57,195 nt of DNA from Actinomycetes bacterium. Lineage in GTDB: Bacteria > Actinomycetota > Actinomycetes > S36-B12. Made by a program: the position numbers and the translations under genes. Below the pieces are notes generated by a model that saw nothing but the letters and a program-made list of their open reading frames with translations, did not search any database and was not told the DNA's origin. This document shows, in pieces, positions 51,717 through 57,195 of this stretch (position 1 is its first letter; each line of letters begins with the position of its first letter). The DNA is taken from the NCBI GenBank assembly GCA_037137855.1, contig JBAXJN010000001.1, positions 1 to 57,195 of the forward strand, written 5' to 3'.

Positions 51717-52283
51717 ATGAGCGAGCAAATCGACGAGGTCCTTATGGATGCCGAAGACCGCATGGACAAGGCCATTACCGTTGCACGTGAAGATTTCGCG
51801 ACAGTGCGCACCGGACGCGCAAACTCATCCATGTTCAACAAGGTCGTCGTGAACTATTACGACACCTACACGCCGATCGCTCAGCTTGCATCAATTGCGA
51901 TTCCCGAAGCTCGCCTTATTGTGATCACGCCATACGACAAGAGCTCATTTGATGCCGTCGTGAAGGCTTTGCGCGAGAGCGATCTAGGAATTAACCCAAC
52001 ATCAGACGGCAATGTCATTCGAGTGACCTTGCCTCAACTCACCGAAGAGCGTCGCAAAGAATTCATCAAAATCGCAAAGACCAAGGCAGAAGATGCACGT
52101 ATCTCGATCCGTAACATTCGGCGTCACGCCAAGGATCAGCTAGATAAGCTGCAAAAAGACGGCGACGCGGGTGAAGATGAAGTGCGCCGGGCAGAAAAGC
52201 AACTTGATGAAGTAACACACAACCATGTTGAACACATTGATGATGTCTTGAAGCATAAAGAAGCAGAACTGCTCGAGGTTTAG
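51717..52283 (+). CDS. frr: Ribosome recycling factor
   Basis: 188 aa with a typical RRF sequence (LRESDLGINP, EERRKE). Confidence 0.95.
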   Translation: MSEQIDEVLMDAEDRMDKAITVAREDFATVRTGRANSSMFNKVVVNYYDTYTPIAQLASIAIPEARLIVITPYDKSSFDAVVKALRESDLGINPTSDGNVIRVTLPQLTEERRKEFIKIAKTKAEDARISIRNIRRHAKDQLDKLQKDGDAGEDEVRRAEKQLDEVTHNHVEHIDDVLKHKEAELLEV

Positions 52284-52285
52284 CA

Positions 52286-53134
52286 GTGTCTGACCCGGTC
52301 GGTTCGTCGGCTGCAGCCCGCAAACCGCAGGCTGGGCGAAATCTGCCTGCCGCGATTGGTACCGGGGTTGGACTTCTTGCGCTCTGCCTGATTACCCTGT
52401 TCACGTTTCGGTGGACATTTGGCCTACTCGTTTCAATAGCCATGATTATTGCTGTTCTGGAATTCAGTAATGCTTTCAAACAAGTTGGAATTCATCTTGA
52501 GCGCGTCACCGTTGCACTCGCTGCCGCGGTGATGCCACTAGCGGCATTCTGGTTTGGGGTGACCGCACAACTGATCGTTATGGGCATCAGCGTGTTAGCC
52601 GTGATCTTCGTGCGCTTAGTGCGTGAAAGTAATGGCTACGTCAAGGACGTGACTGCTAGCTTGTTTGTCGTCGCCTACGTGCCATTTATGGCAAGTTTTC
52701 TGCTCCTCACCTTGTCAGCAGACAACGGACCATTACGTATTTTGGTGTTTGTCGCACTCACCGTCGGTAATGACGTTGGGGGATATGCAGCAGGAGTTTT
52801 CTTTGGCAAACATCCCATCGCACCTTCCATAAGTCCAAAGAAGTCATGGGAAGGTTTTGTCGGGTCGCTGGTTTTGCAGATACTGTTAGGTATTGCCGGA
52901 TTCGTTTGGTTGTTGGATGCATCATGGTGGCAAGGCGTGATCGCAGGCGTTGTCATGACGATTACGGCAACTGCGGGTGATTTTGCAGAATCTGCAGTCA
53001 AACGCGATCTTGGGCTCAAAGATATGGGCCGGTTATTACCTGGACACGGCGGAGTCATGGACCGCCTGGACTCACTTATTCCGAATGCCTTCACCTCGTG
53101 GGCACTCTTCACTCTCTTTTTAGGATCGGTATGA
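52286..53134 (+). CDS. cdsA: Phosphatidate cytidylyltransferase
   Basis: Signature [28 protein letters not shown] in a polytopic membrane protein. Confidence 0.9.
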   Translation: MSDPVGSSAAARKPQAGRNLPAAIGTGVGLLALCLITLFTFRWTFGLLVSIAMIIAVLEFSNAFKQVGIHLERVTVALAAAVMPLAAFWFGVTAQLIVMGISVLAVIFVRLVRESNGYVKDVTASLFVVAYVPFMASFLLLTLSADNGPLRILVFVALTVGNDVGGYAAGVFFGKHPIAPSISPKKSWEGFVGSLVLQILLGIAGFVWLLDASWWQGVIAGVVMTITATAGDFAESAVKRDLGLKDMGRLLPGHGGVMDRLDSLIPNAFTSWALFTLFLGSV

Positions 53135-54246
53135 CAACCCCACCACTTCCAGGCGAACTCGTATTCGAAGCACCTCGGCGAGGTAAACCAGCAAAGCATC
53201 TGATGGATCTTGATGCGACTCAACGTCGCGCGGCAGTAGTCGAACTTGGCCTGCCCGCCTACCGCGCCGATCAGGTTTCGCGTCAGTGGCTCAATCGACT
53301 ATCGGATGATCCAGACAAATGGACCGACGTTTCCCTTGATGCACGCGCGAAAATTAAAGAAGCCCTATTACCAACGCTCCTCACTCCTGTGAAAGTGATC
53401 TCTTGTGATGAGGGACAAACAGTGAAGAGTGTCTGGCGTCTTCACGACGGCGCAATGATCGAAAGCGTGTTGATGCGTTACCCGGATCGCGTGACGATGT
53501 GTATCTCAAGTCAAGCTGGATGTGGGATGAATTGCCCGTTCTGTGCTACGGGACAGGGTGGTTTACAGCGAAACCTCTCGACTGCTGAAATTGTTGAACA
53601 GGTTCTTGCTGGTGCACGCGCACTTGAACGCGATGAAATTGCGGGCGGCCCAGGCCGAGTATCGAACATTGTTTTCATGGGCATGGGCGAACCATTGGCC
53701 AATTACAAATCAGTGATAGAAGCGCTGCATCGTATAAATGACCCAGCTCCCGCAGGAATGGGCATTGGCGCCAGGGGAATAACGGTGTCAACCGTTGGTT
53801 TAGTGCCGCGCATGCTCGAACTGGCTAACGAGGGACTGCCCGTGACGCTTGCGCTATCTCTCCATGCACCCGACGACGTGTTGCGTGACACCTTAGTGCC
53901 GCTTAACACTCGCTACCCAGTTCGCGAAGTTTTAGATGCTGCTTGGGCCTACGCCGATAAGACTCATCGCCGCGTGAGCATTGAGTATGCGCTGATCAAG
54001 GGCATTAATGATCAACCCTTCAGAGCAGAACTACTTGCGCGCCTTCTTGAAGGCGAGTTAGTGCACGTCAACCTCATCCCTCTCAACCCAACCCCGGGCT
54101 CGAAGTGGACTGCGTCACTGCCCCGTGATGAGGCAGCTTTTGTTCGTATTCTTCGTAACCGTGGAGTTCAGGTCACCGTGCGTGATACTCGTGGACGCGA
54201 AATTGATGGGGCTTGCGGACAGTTGGCGGCTACCGCAAACGAGTAA
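53131..54246 (+). CDS. rlmN: 23S rRNA/tRNA adenine-C2 methyltransferase RlmN (radical SAM)
   Basis: CGMNCPFC radical-SAM cluster motif. ATGA overlap with cdsA. Confidence 0.93.
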   Translation: MTTPPLPGELVFEAPRRGKPAKHLMDLDATQRRAAVVELGLPAYRADQVSRQWLNRLSDDPDKWTDVSLDARAKIKEALLPTLLTPVKVISCDEGQTVKSVWRLHDGAMIESVLMRYPDRVTMCISSQAGCGMNCPFCATGQGGLQRNLSTAEIVEQVLAGARALERDEIAGGPGRVSNIVFMGMGEPLANYKSVIEALHRINDPAPAGMGIGARGITVSTVGLVPRMLELANEGLPVTLALSLHAPDDVLRDTLVPLNTRYPVREVLDAAWAYADKTHRRVSIEYALIKGINDQPFRAELLARLLEGELVHVNLIPLNPTPGSKWTASLPRDEAAFVRILRNRGVQVTVRDTRGREIDGACGQLAATANE

Positions 54247-54268
54247 TGAGTTCTGCCACACTGGGGCC

Positions 54269-54850
54269 ATGGCAACGACACCGTCGATAACGGAACTCCC
54301 TAAGACCGCGCTGGTCAAAGTTTTAGTCGGTTCGATTATCAGGACCTTGTTTGGTTTTCTAGCAATCTTTTGGGCATTGAGTTTGGTGCCACAAAACCCT
54401 GACGCGTCCTTGTGGCGTCCGATATCAATCGTCGTGGTGGCGTTTGGTGTCTATACAATTATGTTTCGCCGACAAATGCGAAGAATTGAAAACTCGCGTT
54501 TTCCGGCAGTGACTTCCATTGAAGCAATGATCCTGATCGCCACGATGTTCTTAGCATTCTTCGCATCGATGTACGTGATGATGTCTGCAGGTGATCCGAG
54601 TTCTTTCACTGAGCCGCTAAGTCATTTTACTGCTTTCTATTTCTCCCTGACGGTTCTGGCAACAGTCGGGTTTGGTGACATCACCCCTGTGAGTGATAGC
54701 GCCCGGCTTGTGTGCATGCTCCAAATGGCTATTGACATCGTTTTCATCGCAGCCCTTGTTCGTGTTGTCAGTTCTGCGGCCCAAAAGTCATCCGCGGCCA
54801 AGGTAGCAAGGGCCAAGGCCAGCAGCGGTGAAGCTTTGACCGACCTCTAG
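54269..54850 (+). CDS. Small potassium-channel family protein
   Basis: Pore helix plus selectivity-filter-like TVGFGD, flanked by TM helices. I prefer the start at ATG 54269, because the upstream ORF extension overlaps rlmN. Confidence 0.8.
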   Translation: MATTPSITELPKTALVKVLVGSIIRTLFGFLAIFWALSLVPQNPDASLWRPISIVVVAFGVYTIMFRRQMRRIENSRFPAVTSIEAMILIATMFLAFFASMYVMMSAGDPSSFTEPLSHFTAFYFSLTVLATVGFGDITPVSDSARLVCMLQMAIDIVFIAALVRVVSSAAQKSSAAKVARAKASSGEALTDL

Positions 54851-54859
54851 AGTCTGAAT

Positions 54860-56746
54860 ATGGGCTCTTACGATGCGGCTTATCGGTTAGCGGCAACCGA
54901 TCCTGAATATTTCTGGTTGTCGGCGGCGCGTGGTATTTCGTGGAATACATTTCCAACCCAGGCACTCGATAGTTCTACAGCACCCCTGTATCGCTGGTTT
55001 CCAGACGGCGACCTCAACACGTGCTACAACGCGGTTGATCGACATGTACTAGCCGGACACGGTGATCGTGTGGCGATCATTTACGACAGTCCAGTAACCA
55101 ATGCCAAGCGGATCGTTACCTATGCCGAACTCCTTGATGAAGTGAGTAGGTTTGCTGGAGTTCTTGCTGGGCTCGGGGTGTCAGGCGGAGATCGGGTCGT
55201 CATTTATATGCCGATGATTCCGGAAGCGATTGTTGCAATGCTGGCAACTGCTCGACTGGGTGCGGTTCATTCGGTGGTCTTTGGCGGATTCGCTCCGGCA
55301 GAACTTGCCACTCGCATTGACGACGCTGCACCCAAGGTCATTGTGTCGGCTTCATGTGGAATAGAACCAAGTCGAACCATCGCCTACAAACCACTCATCG
55401 ATGAGGCCTACAAACTTTGTTCACACAAACCATCGGCAACGGTCATGTTTCAACGACCAGAACTAACTGCGGAATTAGGGGCACAGGATCACGACTGGGT
55501 GACTTTAATGCAGGGGGCCGTCGCGCATGATTGTGTTGCAGTGGCAGCCACTGATGCCCTTTATATTTTGTACACCTCTGGAACTACAGGCAAGCCAAAG
55601 GGAGTAGTGCGCGATAACGGCGGTCATGCTGTTTCGATGGCTTGGTCACTTGGCAATGTTTATGACATTGGTCCGGGTGATGTTTTTTGGGCAGCATCAG
55701 ATGTGGGCTGGGTGGTTGGTCACTCCTACATCGTTTATGCGCCACTTATCAGTGGTGCTACTACGGTGATGTATGAAGGGAAGCCAGTTGGCACACCGGA
55801 CGCTGGAGCCTTTTGGCGCGTGATCGAAGAATATAAAGTGAATGCCCTTTTCTGTGCACCTACTGCTATTCGAGCCATCAAGCGGGATGACCCAGACGCC
55901 AAGTTGCTCGCGCAATATGACATCAGTTCCCTGCGAACTTTATTTCAAGCAGGCGAAAGGTTAGATCCTGACACCTACCTTTGGGCAACAGACCATTTGC
56001 AAGTCCCGGTGGTTGATAATTGGTGGCAGACTGAAACTGGTTGGCCAATCGCATCAAACCTTCGCGGGCTAGAACCAATGCCGATTAAGCCCGGTTCGCC
56101 AAGTGTGCCGGTGCCTGGCTATGACGTCCAGGTTGTCGATGGTGCAGGAAATCAAGTTCCGGCCGGAGTCGAAGGCTCGATCGTCATCAAGCTTCCCATG
56201 CCGCCAGGGACTCTGCCGACTTTATGGGGCGATGATCAGCGCTACATCGAGGCTTACTTAACAACGTTTGACGGGTATTACACGACCGGAGACGGGGGAT
56301 TCATCGACGAAGATGGATATGTGTATGTCTTGGGGCGCAATGACGACGTCATCAACGTTGCCGGGCATCGACTCTCAACAGGGTCGATGGAAGCAATCGT
56401 GGCATCACACCCACTCGTCGCAGAATGTGCTGTTATAGGTGTGCAGGATCAGCTCAAGGGCCAGATCCCTCGTGCCTTCGTCGTGCTCAAGTCTGGCGCA
56501 GAAATTGATCCAGGGATTCTTGAAAAAGAGATCGTTCAATCGATTCGCGATGAGATCGGTGCGGTAGCCGCGCTCAAAGAGGTCGTAATTGTTCAAGGTT
56601 TACCTAAGACGCGATCGGGCAAAATTTTACGCCGCACCATGCGTGGCATCGCTGATGGACGACCCGAAGCAGTGCCGAGCACGATCGAAGATATTCGTGT
56701 GCTCGACAACATTGCACCTTTGCTGATGGGTAAGCAAGGCAGATAA
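54860..56746 (+). CDS. AMP-forming acyl-CoA synthetase, propionate/acetate--CoA ligase type
   Basis: 628 aa with the AMP-binding motif YTSGTTGKPKG. The ACS-like N-terminus and the length fit PrpE-like enzymes, but the substrate is not determinable from sequence alone. Confidence 0.85.
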   Translation: MGSYDAAYRLAATDPEYFWLSAARGISWNTFPTQALDSSTAPLYRWFPDGDLNTCYNAVDRHVLAGHGDRVAIIYDSPVTNAKRIVTYAELLDEVSRFAGVLAGLGVSGGDRVVIYMPMIPEAIVAMLATARLGAVHSVVFGGFAPAELATRIDDAAPKVIVSASCGIEPSRTIAYKPLIDEAYKLCSHKPSATVMFQRPELTAELGAQDHDWVTLMQGAVAHDCVAVAATDALYILYTSGTTGKPKGVVRDNGGHAVSMAWSLGNVYDIGPGDVFWAASDVGWVVGHSYIVYAPLISGATTVMYEGKPVGTPDAGAFWRVIEEYKVNALFCAPTAIRAIKRDDPDAKLLAQYDISSLRTLFQAGERLDPDTYLWATDHLQVPVVDNWWQTETGWPIASNLRGLEPMPIKPGSPSVPVPGYDVQVVDGAGNQVPAGVEGSIVIKLPMPPGTLPTLWGDDQRYIEAYLTTFDGYYTTGDGGFIDEDGYVYVLGRNDDVINVAGHRLSTGSMEAIVASHPLVAECAVIGVQDQLKGQIPRAFVVLKSGAEIDPGILEKEIVQSIRDEIGAVAALKEVVIVQGLPKTRSGKILRRTMRGIADGRPEAVPSTIEDIRVLDNIAPLLMGKQGR

Positions 56747-57195
56747 CTAAATGATTCCCCAAGCTTCGGTAAGCACACTACGCAAGATCTGAGTCATCTC
56801 TTCGAATTGCTCTTCCCCTGCAATGAGTGGGGGAGCAACCTGAACCACCGGGTCTCCGCGGTCATCTGATCGACAATACAAGCCGTTAGCAAACATCGCC
56901 TTGGAGATGAAACCACGAATCAATCGCTCGGACTCTTCGTCGGTGAACGTTTCTCTGGATGCTTTGTCTTTCACTAACTCAATGCCATAGAAGTAACCAG
57001 CACCTCGCACGTCGCCGACAATAGGTAGGTCGCGAAGTTGATCGAGATGTTTGAGGAAGAGTTCCTCGTTGTCTCGCACTCGTTGATTCAAACCTTCGCG
57101 TTCAAAGATATCTAGATTTGCAAGTGCAACAGCTGACGATACGGGATGTCCACCCCAAGTGAATCCATGTAAGAAAGTATTCGTCCCATGCTTAA
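56747..57195 (-). CDS. Class-III (omega) aminotransferase; 5' end outside the window
   Basis: The frame stays open to the window edge (…FTWGGHPVSSAVALANLDIFEREGLNQ…), so the listed Met at 57091 is an internal TTG. This is the typical C-terminal domain of PLP fold-type I class III enzymes. Confidence 0.85.
   Translation of the reverse strand, partial: KHGTNTFLHGFTWGGHPVSSAVALANLDIFEREGLNQRVRDNEELFLKHLDQLRDLPIVGDVRGAGYFYGIELVKDKASRETFTDEESERLIRGFISKAMFANGLYCRSDDRGDPVVQVAPPLIAGEEQFEEMTQILRSVLTEAWGII

Noticed and set aside
52675-53223. 182-aa minus-strand ORF opposite cdsA/rlmN
   Set aside because: It is a shadow ORF antisense to two genes with clear signatures (the CDS signature and the radical-SAM motif).

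Overview
This 57.2-kb window looks like core chromosome from a mid-GC Actinobacterium. I count about 60 protein genes, almost all on the + strand, plus tRNA-Gln(CTG) and tRNA-Glu(CTC).

Gene content, in order:
- Branched-chain amino-acid genes: serA-leuA-leuB-ilvE-cimA, then ltbR-leuCD further on.
- gltX with its two tRNAs, then hup, gpsA-ddl-thiL and rpmB.
- recG-rsmD-coaD, yceD-rpmF-plsX and rnc-mutM-smc-ftsY.
- amt-glnK-glnD, then ffh and rpsP-KH-rimM-trmD-rplS.
- Two tandem lepB genes, rnhB and yraN-comM-dprA-xerC.
- rpsB-tsf-pyrH-frr-cdsA-rlmN, a K+ channel, a PrpE/Acs-like ligase and a partial class-III aminotransferase.

From memory, this order is colinear with the equivalent housekeeping region of Mycobacterium and Streptomyces. 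Many junctions are translationally coupled through ATGA/GTGA overlaps.

I found no transposase, integrase, CRISPR array, rRNA, restriction-modification, toxin-antitoxin or defence-like genes, and no unassigned gap longer than about 290 nt. I therefore see no support for a new multi-gene system here.

The points most worth a second look are cis-regulatory or small:
- A Leu-codon leader peptide whose Leu codons form an anti-SD for leuA.
- A terminator-type element directly upstream of cimA.
- A match to the LtbR operator motif, as I recall it, in front of leuCD.
- A small, doubly coupled carrier-protein-like ORF without the attachment serine, between plsX and rnc.
- A TetR gene inserted between ftsY and amt, plus GlnR-like periodic pentamers.
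- Long, apparently structured leaders upstream of rplS and rpsB.

All structure and homology statements come from reading the sequence by eye. No folding, HMM or database search was run.
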